From Callorhinchus milii (taxonomy: Eukaryota): a stretch of DNA of 64,000 nucleotides. The stretch is taken from NCBI RefSeq assembly GCF_018977255.1, contig NW_024704743.1:62808001-62872000 (forward strand), in the 5' to 3' direction. Positions 26,309 through 38,803 of the stretch are shown in pieces. The position numbers and the translations under genes are program-made. Under the pieces are notes generated by a model. The model was not told the origin of the DNA and searched no databases. It was given only the letters and a program-made list of their open reading frames with translations. Numbering within the stretch: position 1 is the stretch's first letter; each line of letters begins with the position of its first letter.

Positions 26309-28272
26309 GGTTCCCTTTTGAAAGCTGATATGGATGCTGCCTTAACTACCACAAAGCATTCCATATCCTAACTACTCTGCGTGAAAAAATTCTCCTGACC
26401 TTCCCATTTGCTAACTATCTTGAATTGATGCCCTCTAGTCCCTGAAATGAATGATCAATTTTATTTGGGGGATTGTTGGCCAGGACACTGGGAGATAATC
26501 CCTTCTGACCCCTGAACAGGCAGACAGGTTCTCAGTTTAACTTCTCATCTAAAAGATAGCACCTCCAACGATGCACCCCTCCCCCCCCCCTCCCCAGAAC
26601 TGGACTAGAGTGTCAGCCTAGACTAACTTCAAAGTGCAGATGTGGAGCTTTAACCCACAACCTTCGGAAATAAAACAGAGGTTTCAGTTATGTGACGAGG
26701 ATTATCAGAAAAATGACTTTTTTTAATCACTGAAGCCTGTTAGAATGTACAATACCTTACCACAAATGAGTGCTGAAGCCAAATGTGTAACTGTGTTGAA
26801 AGGGGAATGGATACATATTTAAGAAAAATAATAACTGTGAGGGCAAAAGAGCAGCAGAGGAATGGGTTTTGGATATCTGCTGGGGAAGGATTGGCTGTTG
26901 GGATGAATGGATTCCTTTTGTGCTGTGAAGTGTCTGTGATTCTCTGATTACATTTCCTCAATGACCTGGGTAATGAAAACTGTAAGTTATTATACTTCTG
27001 ACAAGTTCTCGAACAGAAGAATACTGGTTCTGAATTTCTTTGTGATAGTATACTATGTGCTGTACATTTGTACTGCCATGTGTTTGCAGATAGAATAGTA
27101 AGCAGTGTTAACACATATTAACATCAGAAGTGATCATTTGTTCAGCATGTCTTGTATACCAATATGCTAAAAAGATGCCAGATGTTACATTCAGTGTGAA
27201 GGCTTCCCAGTGTACTTTTCCCACAGTGAAATTAGGTTTCCCTCAACTAACCCTTAGAAACAGTGTTCTATTGTTTAAAGCCATGTTCTAGTCTGGTGGC
27301 TTAAACGGATGCTTGTGTTTACATAGGCAGGTGCTTAAGATCCAGCTTCATTCCAGTTTGATGACCTGCTTAGCAACATGTGTAAAATATCTGTTGATGC
27401 AGCTCCAGCCCAGGCATGCTGCTGCGTTCCTCCATTCCCTTTACCTTGATTTGTGTTTTGTAAACCAAACCCGTGCACCACATATCCTGCATTTTAACCA
27501 AAACATTATAATTTCATCTTGGAACGGATTTGATGATTATCTGCTATTTACACAAGCCTATTAATATTGATCTTCCCTGACCCTCTCTAAATTAAAATTT
27601 ACATTTTAAAAAGTAAAATTATTTAAGATTCTATTACAGGCATGAAAAACTATCCAGCTTATTTTGCAGAGTAACTACCCTGCCATCTCCATTATAAATA
27701 TATTTCCCTGAAATCGATCTTGTACACACATACTGCCTTTCCCCCACCATACACAGCAGTATTTTCACCCAAGTTGAATGATGACTATTGCATGGAAATC
27801 TGTTCTCAAATTGATTTGTCGTTGCCCTTCCAGTGCCTTGACACAATGCTTCTGGTCATTTCCCCTCTCATTCCTCACCCCCATTCTAAACCATGGAATA
27901 TTTTATGCTTAAGGGATCAGAGTGAAATTTTCTTAAGCAGAGTGTGACATCACAGGATAATTGAGAGGTATCTTGAAGTGTTGCTCCAGTCAACACATCC
28001 TAAGCTTGAAGCCAGCCTGGGCTCTTAGCTTGGGAAATGCTGATCTAGAGTGATGGCACAATATTATTGTATTAAAACCAATCTGGTATGAGAGACAGAA
28101 TACAATTAGTTTTAACACACACTTATTTGATTCTGTAGTGTTAATGGCATCTAATACATGAACTTCTTTTATAGTTATGTGATTGAAATGCATGTACTTA
28201 AAAAGCTAATACTAATACTGTAGTGTGGATAATGTAACATTTCCAATGAATCTGCATTATCTTGCTGCTCAG

Positions 28273-28384
28273 GAGTTGACTGAAGAAGGCCTTCCATTCC
28301 TTATACTGTTTCATTTGAAAGAAGACACTGAAAGCTTAGATAAATTTCAGCATGAAGTTGCAAGACAGTTGATCAGCGAGAAAG
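28273..28384 (+). CDS. ERP44: ERP44 coding exon 9
   Basis: gctcag|GAG TTG...AAA G|gtaact; ELTEEGLPFLILFHLKEDTESLDKFQHEVARQLISEK; 112 bp. Confidence 0.97.
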
Positions 28385-29699
28385 GTAACTTCCTTTGCTT
28401 TTTCTCCACTCACTATATTGGATTTTCTATTGAGTAACAACCATTTACATGTTTTAACGTACACTGTTAAGTGGTATAAGCCATTTCTGACTTCTTTACA
28501 TTTAAAGGTTAATGGGAAAGAATTATGATTTAGTGTGTTAATACCGGGAGTTTTTATTTTGTAACACAACTCAAGGTGCAATTCTCATCAGAAATTAGAG
28601 GTAATATGGTATTTCTATTTTAAGACAATTTCTCTGCTCTCCTCACCAGTAAATGGCATTATTGTTCTCCACATGAAAGATCAATGTCCTAAAGTGCTTT
28701 TAGGAATAAGGCCTCTTGGGCCTTTGTAAGTAAACACTGACTCACTGAATAATTTGAAACCTACAAATGCAAATCTATCTGAATGAACAACTGACTCATA
28801 TACATCGGACAGAACCTATTTAAACACCACAACATTAAAGAATCCATGGTGGCCTATTATTCATCCTCCTGCAGTACCAATGTATACAGATAAAGTGTCT
28901 TTGCTGTTTTATCAGTTGATAACATCCCTTGAATAATCGTTGAGTGCACTTCAGCACATTTTCATACTAAGTGGCTTCCCCTTGTCATACACTGTAGGTG
29001 AGAAATTCCTTGTTGCTAAGTGTAGCAACTTTGATGGTGCGCACTTCTAATGCAGTTGTCCCATTTTATGTGCAAATCATCAAACACTACTCCAAGTTAA
29101 GAAGGGTTTCTCTGCCTTGTATGCCTTTTGAAAATAATAGGCTGTAAATATCTGCTCTATCCATGTACACACTGGCCTGAAGCCTCAGCAAATATAGCAA
29201 AAATTGCATTACTATAATGTCCTTCATGTTAGCATAATGTCTCAAAACATTTCACAAGGACAGGGTTGTATGCTAGAGAAGGGAGGTGCAAAGGTATTTA
29301 TAGGTGAGTGTGAGAACTTTGAAATTGATCCGTGGGGTGACATTGGAGGCTGGTGATGCAGTATCATGTAACCACATTCTATAATTAGTTACCTTGTCAA
29401 ACTTTTCCAAGTTTAAAAAAATTAATAGAAGTATTTAGAAATGTGGTAGATCAGTTAGCTAATGGAAGCTAATCTAATCCTACTTAAGAGAATTAACAAA
29501 ACCAACGCATAAAATACCCTGGAGTGATCAGTTGTTATTGGTCAACCGGATGTCTGACATGTGGATACCCCAAGTTTAACAGTTTCCAAAGCAGATTCCG
29601 AATTCCACGTTTATGCCACGTTTATCTCTGGAAGGGAACACTCTCTCCCTGGAGGGATGCATCTGTTTACCCAATTCCAGAAACTATTAGATACAGGTT

Positions 29700-30080
29700 C
29701 ACAACAGCAACTTGCATTTATATAGTACTCTTCACGCGGGGTAGCATCTTGGAACGCATAACAGTGGCAGAGCTTGACTTGATCTGAAGATGGACAATGA
29801 AGGGGCAAGGCAGAGGGATTGAGGCAGAGTTGCAGAGTCTCAGGGTAAAGTGGCTGAAGGCACAGCCACTGGTGGTGGGAGTGGAGAGATGAAGGACATG
29901 CAGGAGGCTGGAATCAGCTGGGCGGGGGTCGGGGTAGAGGTGGGATGTAAACCCAGGGAGGTGAGGTGCCAGGGCATGAAGTCATTTGTATGTTGGTGTG
30001 GAGATCTTGAAATTGATTTGTTTTGCAATAGGGTGCTAGCGGAGCCTGACAAGGACTGGGGTGATGGGGATAAATTGGAT
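29700..30080 (-). mobile_element. Degenerate L2 3' fragment
   Basis: acaacagcaacttgcatttatatag..ggtagcatc tail followed by purine-rich L2 antisense body. Confidence 0.65.
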
Positions 30081-31599
30081 TAGAGCTAAAGTAGAGTGTG
30101 TGCTGGGATATTCCTATTGTTTAACCAGCTCAAACCACATAATTTGCCATTGAGAGCACAGTTTGGCAAGCTTTCCCACTGCTTCTTTCCCACTAGGACC
30201 ACCTATTAGGGATTTGGTTTGCAGGATTAACAGGAGCTGAGTGGGAGAATCCCTCCCCTATTTCTGCTCATCTGAGCAATTGGAGTCGGGGAGCTTGAGC
30301 AACAGCTACTTAACTCTGTAAATACCATTCAAAGTGGATATCAAGTTTGGGATTTATGAGTATGTGCTCACAAACTCAAACTTCAAATAACACCTTTCAG
30401 CAGCCGTTGCCTCAAGCTTAAAGTTTCCTCAATAGCTATTTTCTACCTTTCCCTCACCCATATTAATAGTATAATAATTCTTGCATTTAATATAGCATCT
30501 TATCATATGTCAAGACGTGTCAAAGCACTTCACAGGATTTTGCTGTAAAGTGTGGTGACTGTATTTGTAAGTGAATTCATAGTCCAATAGTCTATAACTG
30601 CATGTTGTCTATACTTGTGTATAAGGAATAAACATTTAGCTGAGAGGGCAGAGAGCTCTGATGTCTGTGGAGCTATACCTCAGCAAAAGGCTTTACTTTC
30701 AGGGGAGGAGGATGGAAACCAGTAAAACTACAAATATATTTACAGCCAATAATTTGAAAGTTCTGGGAAACTGTTGAGTTAGGGAGGAGACTTGCACTTT
30801 ATCAAAATTTGTGGTCTGTTGGAACCTTACAGCCCATATTAACTGGCATCCCCGTAAAGGGAAAGGGGGAGTCCCAACCTTTACACTTTGCCTGGATGAG
30901 AGTAAATCAAGAGAAGATATATGCCAGTTTGACATTTTTCCAGGGAATGAAATATATGAAATTCTTGTCAAATCAGTAAATTGTATGAAATCGCACATTG
31001 GTGTAAATATGCTTACAATTAAGATCTGTTGAACCAGGATGTGATTGAAAAATAATGATAATCTTTGCCTTTGATGTAGCACCTTATCATGTTGTTAAGA
31101 CGTCTCAAACTACTTCATAGCGTATACTGCAAAGTGAATTGACTATTTTGTAGATATTTTTAAAAACTTAAGAATATCCATTTTGTTTATATAGAGCATA
31201 GTCCCTTGGGAAGAGCTATTCAGGGAGAAAAATGTCTGCTGTACAATTCCATGTAAAGGAAGAATAAACCTGTCTTGAGTACTGGATAAGTTAATGTACC
31301 AGCAGTAGCCAGAGCTAGTGTAAAACCTCACTGGAAAGGCTGTTTTTGCTTTCCAATTTAGTGACTATACAATTACAGTGAAATTAGTAGGCTTTTTATT
31401 TAAATGAAAACTTTTCTGATCACTTGAATATGAAGCAAAATTCAACTACAATTACTATAGTCTTGGAAGATGTCCAAATGATGCTTCATGTGATTAATAT
31501 TTGGGCTGCAGGGTTTTAGCTGTGATGACAATTTTCCCTTCACAGTTTTATCACTCCATTGGTATGCGGCATTGGACTTTAAACTGAAGTTATATACCT

Positions 31600-32135
31600 T
31601 ACAGTGAAGGAGATTATGGTCTGATTTGATTGAGGTATTTAAAATATTAAAAGCAATTAACAGATTAGATAGTCGATAACTTCCCTTTGGTAAAAGGATC
31701 CATTATAAGGGATCATGGCTTTAAAATTAGAACAGAGGCAGGAAACATTTCTTCATATAGAAGAAATGAAAACAGAAGTCAACATGAACAACAGAAGTGC
31801 TCAGTTCTGACGAATGGTCGTGGACCTGAAACGTTGGCTCCATAGCTGCTGCCTGATCTGCTGAGTGTTCCCAGTGACTTCTGTTCTTGTTTCAGATTTT
31901 CAGCATCTGCAGTATTTTGCATTTTCTTCATATCGAGGGTTGTGGAGACGTAGAATGGTCTGCCCCAGAAAGCTGTAGAAGCAGAATCAATATCGATGTT
32001 TAAGATAAAGATACTGGGTAGTTGAGAGATAAAGGTGTGTGGTGAAAGGACAGGGCATTTCAGATTAAAAGATCTGCCAAGATCTAATAAACTATTGCAA
32101 CAGGCTTGGTGAGCAGAATGGTGTCCGGTTCCTGT
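31600..32135 (+). mobile_element. Degenerate CR1 3' fragment interrupted by a nested insertion at about 31760-31922
   Basis: Same CR1 motifs on both sides; tttcttcatat is duplicated around the insert. Confidence 0.72.
31760..31922 (+). mobile_element. Short non-autonomous insert with a minimal hammerhead-like core (Penelope-associated type)
   Basis: CTGACGA-at-GGTC gtg GACC-t-GAAACGTT at 31807-31835; flanked by an 11-bp direct repeat. Confidence 0.55.
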
Positions 32136-32647
32136 TTCTCAGTGTGCCTGCTAGCACACAGTTGTTTTACTGCTGTCTTGATCAAGACATTTGTTCCATT
32201 TCACAGGTAAATTGTACGATAGCAAATAAATAAATAACTTGTAAATCACTTAAACTCTCCAAGGAATTCAACAGCATGGTAAAATTCAGAATAACAAAAC
32301 TAGACGTGTATCTGTTTGTTTCCAGAATCACTGCTTTTGGTTTTGTAAAGTGTTGACATAAAATAAGACATAACTGAAGCCAGTGTCAGACTGAAAGTGG
32401 GCATGTTTGTACACAGCACCAATCTAGGAAGTTTATACTAGTTGCTGCCATTTGATAAAGCAGAAGTGCGAATCAATCCAAGTTAATTGTCTTTGGGAGA
32501 TTTGGTATCCCGGAAGCCCAGCTTGCCCTAAGGGGAAAATGGAGAAATCTTCTTGTTTTATATTAATAGTACTAGTTCATTATGCTGTGTTTAGACAAAT
32601 TGTCTTGTGTTTTGTGAATATACTAAAATATGGATAAATTCTTTTAG

Positions 32648-32789
32648 GTACAATAAACTTCCTACATGCTGACTGTGACAAGTTCCGTCATCCTCTCCTC
32701 CACATACAGAAGGCTCCAGCAGACTGTCCTGTTATTGCTATTGACAGTTTTAGGCATATGTATGTTTTTGCAGACTTTAAAGACTTAGC
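32648..32789 (+). CDS. ERP44: ERP44 coding exon 10
   Basis: cttttag|GT ACA...TTA GC|gtaagt; (G)TINFLHADCDKFRHPLLHIQKAPADCPVIAIDSFRHMYVFADFKDL; 142 bp. Confidence 0.98.
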
Positions 32790-35275
32790 GTAAGTAGATA
32801 TTTTCTTTTATTGATAATAATAATCCATGCATTTGGTATTGCCTTTCATGTCGGGGGGGGGGGGGGGGGAGTGCATCCCGGAGTGCTTCACGGGATATAT
32901 ACACTAAAGTGTCTGTTTTGTGGATGTGCAGTGTCCTACAAATAGCTGTGAAATGAATGACTAAATTTATTTGAAGGATTGTTGGCCAGGACACCAGGAG
33001 GAACTCTGTTCTCTTTTAGAATAGTGCGAGGGAATATTTAAGGTCCTCCTGAACAGGCAGATGGGGCTCGAGTGAATTCCTGTATGAGTCTTAAGTGCCA
33101 ATGTGGGGCTTGAACCACAACTTCTGACTCCCGGAGGCAAGAGTGCTGCCAACTGAGCCAGGCTGACACACATACACTTCACACTTTTCTGGGAAGGTTG
33201 TGACTTCAATTCATCGAAAGAGGACTTTTTTAATGTAGTATTTGCTGGTTTGTGATTTGCCATTTTACAGAATCTTGCAAATGATGCTCTCAGCTCGTGG
33301 GTTGACATTTTCATTCAATTTGTAAATATCTAAGTTTTAATTGCAGCACAATCCTTAACCTTTTAAAGTTTATTTCTTTAAAATATTTAAAATTTCTTCT
33401 CATTATTGCCTCCCTCAAAGAATTTAAACATATACTTCCTTAATCTTCAAATTAATAGTCAATCAATTTAATTAATACGTGTAACAATGAAGAAGTGTGA
33501 TGGTTGGTTTGAAATACACAAAAGTCCTGTATTCCAATGTGTTTCCAAAATGATAATGAGAAATCGGGGTCTCTCTCCCCTCTCTCTCCCTAACTACACC
33601 TCCCCCCCCCCCCCCCCCACACACACACCAAGGATTTGGTTGAATGATGAACAGCACTGTTGGCTGTCTTGTCCTTTTTCAATTTTTAAAAAAAATGTTA
33701 TTAGTAAATATTTCAGAAATATTACACATAATTTCTTTCTTGTTCTTTGAGCATTTTTGTTAGCAGCTTCCTTTTAACTCAATGTATAGTTCCAACAGAA
33801 CATAGAGCTTCAGAATTAGTGAAGAGTGTGGCTTCTATTAAAAACGCCCATCAAAATATTCCTTGAATTATAGACTAAATTCTTTCACAGTCTTATGATT
33901 GAACCTTTTATCTTGTATTGCTTGCATCTCATCAGGACACGTTAAAAAAAAGTAAGGATATATATAATCAATCTAATGTAATATGTGATTGACTTACCCC
34001 TGACTTTGTAATTTGAAAACTAAACCAGAATATACATATATAAATCTCTTGCCTACCTGTAGTTTGTCTTCTCCAATTTTTTCTGATTACAATGAAGTCT
34101 GGTGCTAACAATAACCCCAATAGTCTGTCTTTCTTGTTTGAACAGTTCATAAATGGAGAATAAATACAATAAGAAATACTTTGTTTACAGTGTAACCGAT
34201 GAATGCAGAGATGTAGAAACTTACTGTATAAATGTCAGTCTTCCTATTACCCGTGTCCATTAAACTGGAGAACATATTTGCCCAATTCTTTTCTCATTTT
34301 AACACACAAGATATTTTGGCAGCTAATCATATTTGTAGTTGTATAAATACATTTTCTCTGCTCAAATTGATCTTTTACAACTCAGTTTAAAGCACATTTC
34401 TATCCTTTATGAGGGCCTCCACTGACTTCTGATGTCAGGATTCAATTTTTTTTAAGGTTAGTTGGGTATCCGACATGTGGAAACTCATCCCCATGCTTAG
34501 AGATTCCAAATTAAACTATAAAGAGTTCCACACACTATATGTATGGTTTCAGATAGGTCCACTTTAGGGATTGTTGAAGCGCCCTCAAGAAATGATTCCT
34601 TTAGAAAGATGATTTTTGGGGGGGAGGGAAAGTTGATGTTGCGACTATTTGATGTGAGCTTGTTTAGATTGGTCATAAATTGCTGTCTGCAGCTTGCCAT
34701 AAGACAAACTGTACAAGATGTGATGTATTCTTCAGAGCTTTTGAGACCAACTAGCAGCAGTCTGTGTGACTGCAGCACATTTGACATTTCATAGATAAAA
34801 TTGATTGCTGGATTTTAGCACTTTGCAGTAGGTGACAACAGATGATCTAAGATGAAATTTAAATTGATCTTCCCTCAGCGTTTATCTCTGGTATGTGTGC
34901 AATTACTTTTCGCTCTGGAGGACCTTTTGAAAGCTTTTCTGTCAATACCGACTACCTGACTAGTGCTTGTATTTGTAAACTGTGTGTTTGACACCTGCTG
35001 TTGGCTGCTACACAGAAGGGCTAATGCAGAGACTATGCACTGTGGGAGCTATCAAGGGGCCGCAATGGGCTGTCATTGCTCCTGTATCCTTGGGGGGATA
35101 GGAAAATCACAGTAGCCGACAACCAGTGCAAACTGACACTCTCTTCTGCCTTTTAATTAAATCGCCTTCAACTAACCAAAAAAAAGAAAATCAATTAGGA
35201 TTGATTTTCTAACTGGTTTGTTTTATTCCCTGTTTCATGCTTTGCTCAGACAGTTGACTATTCTTTTGATTACAG

Positions 35276-35378
35276 AATTCCAGGTAAACTGAAGCAGTTT
35301 ATATTGGACCTACACTCTGGTAAATTACACAGGGAATTTCACCACGGCCCAGATCCCACTGATACAGCTCCTGGACAG
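35276..35378 (+). CDS. ERP44: ERP44 coding exon 11 (histidine cluster)
   Basis: gattacag|A ATT CCA...GGA CAG|gtaaga; IPGKLKQFILDLHSGKLHREFHHGPDPTDTAPGQ; 103 bp. Confidence 0.97.
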
Positions 35379-37049
35379 GTAAGAAGCGCCGGGTATAGTG
35401 AAATAGTGATGGTGAGTTAAGGGTTAGAATAATGGTGCCTGCAATACACCCTCTGATGTTCATAAATGTTATCCAACTAATTTCACAATCACTAAGAACA
35501 ACAAACTTACATTAATATAGCACCTTTCATATTGGGAGGACATCTTATGGATTGTTTTTCTCCTCTTTTGACCCCAACAACTCAGCTTCTGATTACCCAA
35601 CAATCAATCCATTTGTAGTCAGTCCCTTGAGAGCTGGCATTGTTGTCCACTCCCTATTTCAAAACTGCCTTGGTCAATGTTTGAATCTGGATGGTTGTTT
35701 AAGGTACATATAACGTGTGAACTGTGTCCAAACAGACATCCTAAATGGTTAGTTGGAATGAATTTTATGTCATCCAACAAATGTTTTTGGTAAATTCAAC
35801 TTTACAGAGAATGATGCATTTTAGGCATTTGCCTTTATGTTTGGAGGACGTCCCAAAGACCTTCACAGGATACAGTAAAATGGAGTGTGTTTTACAGCCA
35901 TAAAATAATCTCTGAGCACTTTACAAAGATTTATTAGACGGTGGGGTGGCTAGAGGTGTGGTCAAAGATGTAGGATTTAAGGCAGGATTTACAGCAGAAA
36001 GGTTAGGAACGTAATAGCTTAAAGCTTGACCACCGACTGACAAAGGAGACATGCACAAGCTTGAATTCACCGAGTGGTGGGGACAAGCGGAGGTGAGGAG
36101 CCAGAACTTGATCCCATGGGAGAAGCCCAGGACAGGGTGTTGGGCGGCAGAATTTAGTGTGGTTGAGGTTGTGGGAGACAGAGTTTTGAATTAGCTGGAG
36201 CTTATGGATAGTGAACATAGGAACACCAGCAAAGAATGCATCTCAAGTCTAGACGGGAGGTAACTGAGGCGTGAATAAAGGTTTGGGCTGTTGCAGTATA
36301 CGGACAATACTGATGCAGTATCATTTCTTTGGCTTTCATATAAATTCCATTTAAGTGGTTAGATGGTGTAATTCAAATTATGAGGTATTTACAGATGAGC
36401 ACAATGAAAGTTCAGTTTACTGAAAATCTGGGTTTTACAGTTTGTTGATGAGTGGGATTTTCTCTTGGCAGGAGACATGGTCTGAGAGTTCAGGAACATT
36501 TGGTGATTTGATTGGTGTGGATCTTGAGATTCACACCTTCCCATGCAAGGCTTTGTTTCAGGTCCCTTACCATAAGGGTGGGAAGAGACTGTCAAAGATT
36601 TAATGTAAACACATATTAGTACTTAAATCCTGCACCATGTGGAAGATATTGAATAGCAGAATTACCTACTTTGTAAGGTGGTCATTCTTTAAACCACATT
36701 CCTCATATCACACTCTATCCCCAGCGATCGAGCTGCTCTGTCCACTATCATTCTTGGAGATTCCCATCTGTAAACATTTGTTGAAAAACATTTATCAAAC
36801 TGACATCAGCCCAGAGCAATGCTTCAGTTGGCCTGGCAAGGAAGAAATGCATCAGTGAATTTTTTGAAGGAAATTATATCCACGTTTTCCTTTTTTTCTC
36901 CTCTTCCTCCCCCCCCCCCCCCCCGGATAATTTAATTGAAAATGTGATCCTAAAAGATAGAGCTTTACTTTATTATATAATTGAATTGTTAATTTGAATG
37001 CTACTATTAATTCTCTTTTTTTTCTGTGTTTGCAACTAATTAACAGCAG

Positions 37050-37154
37050 CAAAGTGAAGAAGTCCAAAGTAGTCCCCCAGAAAGTTCATTCCAGAAACTG
37101 GCTCCCAGTGAACACAGGTATACCATCCTCAAGAGAAGCCGAGATGAATTATAG
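37050..37154 (+). CDS. ERP44: ERP44 last coding exon (C-terminal tail, RDEL ER-retrieval signal); alternative start at 37047
   Basis: taacagcag|CAA AGT...CGA GAT GAA TTA TAG; QSEEVQSSPPESSFQKLAPSEHRYTILKRSRDEL*. Confidence 0.96.
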   Translation, partial: QSEEVQSSPPESSFQKLAPSEHRYTILKRSRDEL

Positions 37155-37367
37155 ATCTATTAAGGAACTGTACAAGACCAGAAAACAAAAAGCTTTGCCC
37201 CATGAGTGGCAGAAATACTAAGCCTATATTTTCATAAGTCTGTGTGTACAGTTTTTATTTTGGATAAAACTAAAAACAAATTTCCAACAAATCGTGGTGT
37301 TATTGTTCTTTGCTTCCCTGGCTTGTGAATACATTAATGTATACTATGGTTCAGTCTGGTCAATTTT

Positions 37368-37379
37368 AATAAAAATAAA
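37368..37379 (+). promoter_or_regulatory. Candidate ERP44 polyadenylation signals (tandem AATAAA AATAAA; another at 37439-37444)
   Basis: Canonical hexamers about 215 bp after the ERP44 stop; usage is inferred. Confidence 0.6.
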
Positions 37380-37785
37380 CTCTTGGTAAATGTATAGATG
37401 TCAGAAAACATCAGCTATTTCCTGATCCAAACTTTTCTAATAAAAAGGCCATATCCTTGAATTTATCACAAAGGATTTGCCAATGATGTTTACCACATAC
37501 TTGCACTGTCCCATTAAACAGGCCTCATCTTTTGATGTTTTATCTCCAATTTGTCAAACATGCTTTTTTTTCAAAAAAAGGAAACGTTTCATTTAACAAT
37601 TTGCTATGTGGGTGACGTGAGCTGTGATGGTTTCAGAATGTCCACGTTGGAGAGGGTGTGTTGCCCTCATTTTGGAAAACAAAATAAAATTTTAAGTGGC
37701 CTAGTATGATGATGTGGTTTGTAAGATTTTGTTCAAATGGGAATAGTAGTTGCATTTTCATTTCATTTCTTAGGATAGTAAACAT

Positions 37786-37791
37786 TTTATT
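37786..37791 (-). promoter_or_regulatory. Candidate STX17 polyadenylation signal (AATAAA on minus strand)
   Basis: TTTATT on the plus strand about 345 bp past the STX17 stop. Confidence 0.45.
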
Positions 37792-38135
37792 CATAAAAAA
37801 ATTAAAAATGTACAAAATCAACATTCCAATTACTGGAGCTAATAGATATTTATAACATGGCTTTGTAACATTCCTGTTCACATATTTGTTTGAAGGCAAA
37901 TGTCAATATTAGTGTTCAATACAGCTTGTGCAAGCCTTCAGTCTGAATTTCAGATGCCAGCACTGTCTCTGTTTGTAGGTAAATTGTACTGACATCTTGC
38001 AGTACAATATACACCTTCACTAAACATCGTCTGCTCAGCCTGGAGACAGTTGTTTGCAAATTATTTCTTTAACCCTCCATCCTCTTGGTGTTCAATTTGT
38101 TGTGGCCTTGAATTCAGCCAGATTTTTCTGAAGCT

Positions 38136-38363
38136 TCAATTCTTCAGATCTGGGCAGCTTGAAGAAAGTTGAACTTCTTTGTCTATCTTCTGCTGCCGTT
38201 TCTTCTGCAACATCTTGCCACCTGTGAAGCCAAGTACCCCTCCACTGACTGCAGCTGCAACTCCCATGATTTTGAAGCCAGCCAGGAGCCCAACAGGACC
38301 CCCCACCAACCCACCAATGAGAGCACCTGCCACAGGCAACATTGCCAGTTTATATTTAGCGGC
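38136..38363 (-). CDS. STX17: Syntaxin-17 last coding exon (glycine-zipper transmembrane hairpin and basic tail)
   Basis: ttttcag|GCC GCT AAA...AAT TGA; AAKYKLAMLPVAGALIGGLVGGPVGLLAGFKIMGVAAAVSGGVLGFTGGKMLQKKRQQKIDKEVQLSSSCPDLKN*. Confidence 0.97.
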   Translation of the reverse strand, partial: AAKYKLAMLPVAGALIGGLVGGPVGLLAGFKIMGVAAAVSGGVLGFTGGKMLQKKRQQKIDKEVQLSSSCPDLKN

Positions 38364-38716
38364 CTGAAAAATCAATGAGAAACAGGTTTAAAAAAGACAC
38401 AAGCCAGATTGCCAGTTACTGTGTGATTTCTTGCTGTCTAAGAGCTGGTACCAATCCATCAGGGTAAAGTCTCTTTTAGTGCAGCTGTTCTGTGGATGAT
38501 TACTATGTGCAGAACAGTGCTCGCTAGTTTCACTGCATGAGACCATCACAATACAGATTGATTTTTTTTTTGACAAGCAGTGTGTCACTTCTCCCTTATT
38601 TCCTTAATTGCTGGTTCCCTTAACATTTGAGAGCCCAGATCAATCAATTGGGTTAATTCAGAGTATTGCTGGCAGGCAGAGCTGCCATTGATTACTCAGC
38701 AGGCACAGATCCCTAC

Positions 38717-38803
38717 CTTAGCTAGGCTCCTGGTTCCCTCTTCAACGTTCTCAGCAGCAGTACTGACATGGTCTTCAATGCTGTCAATCTTCTCCTGTTG
38801 GGT
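38717..38803 (-). CDS. STX17: Syntaxin-17 exon (Qa-SNARE motif)
   Basis: gcatctag|ACC CAA...GCT AAG|gtaggg; TQQEKIDSIEDHVSTAAENVEEGTRSLAK; 87 bp. Confidence 0.97.

Noticed and set aside
32853..32869. Poly-G and poly-C runs (also about 26577, 33602, 36908)
   Set aside because: Simple homopolymers of unreliable length with no evidence of function
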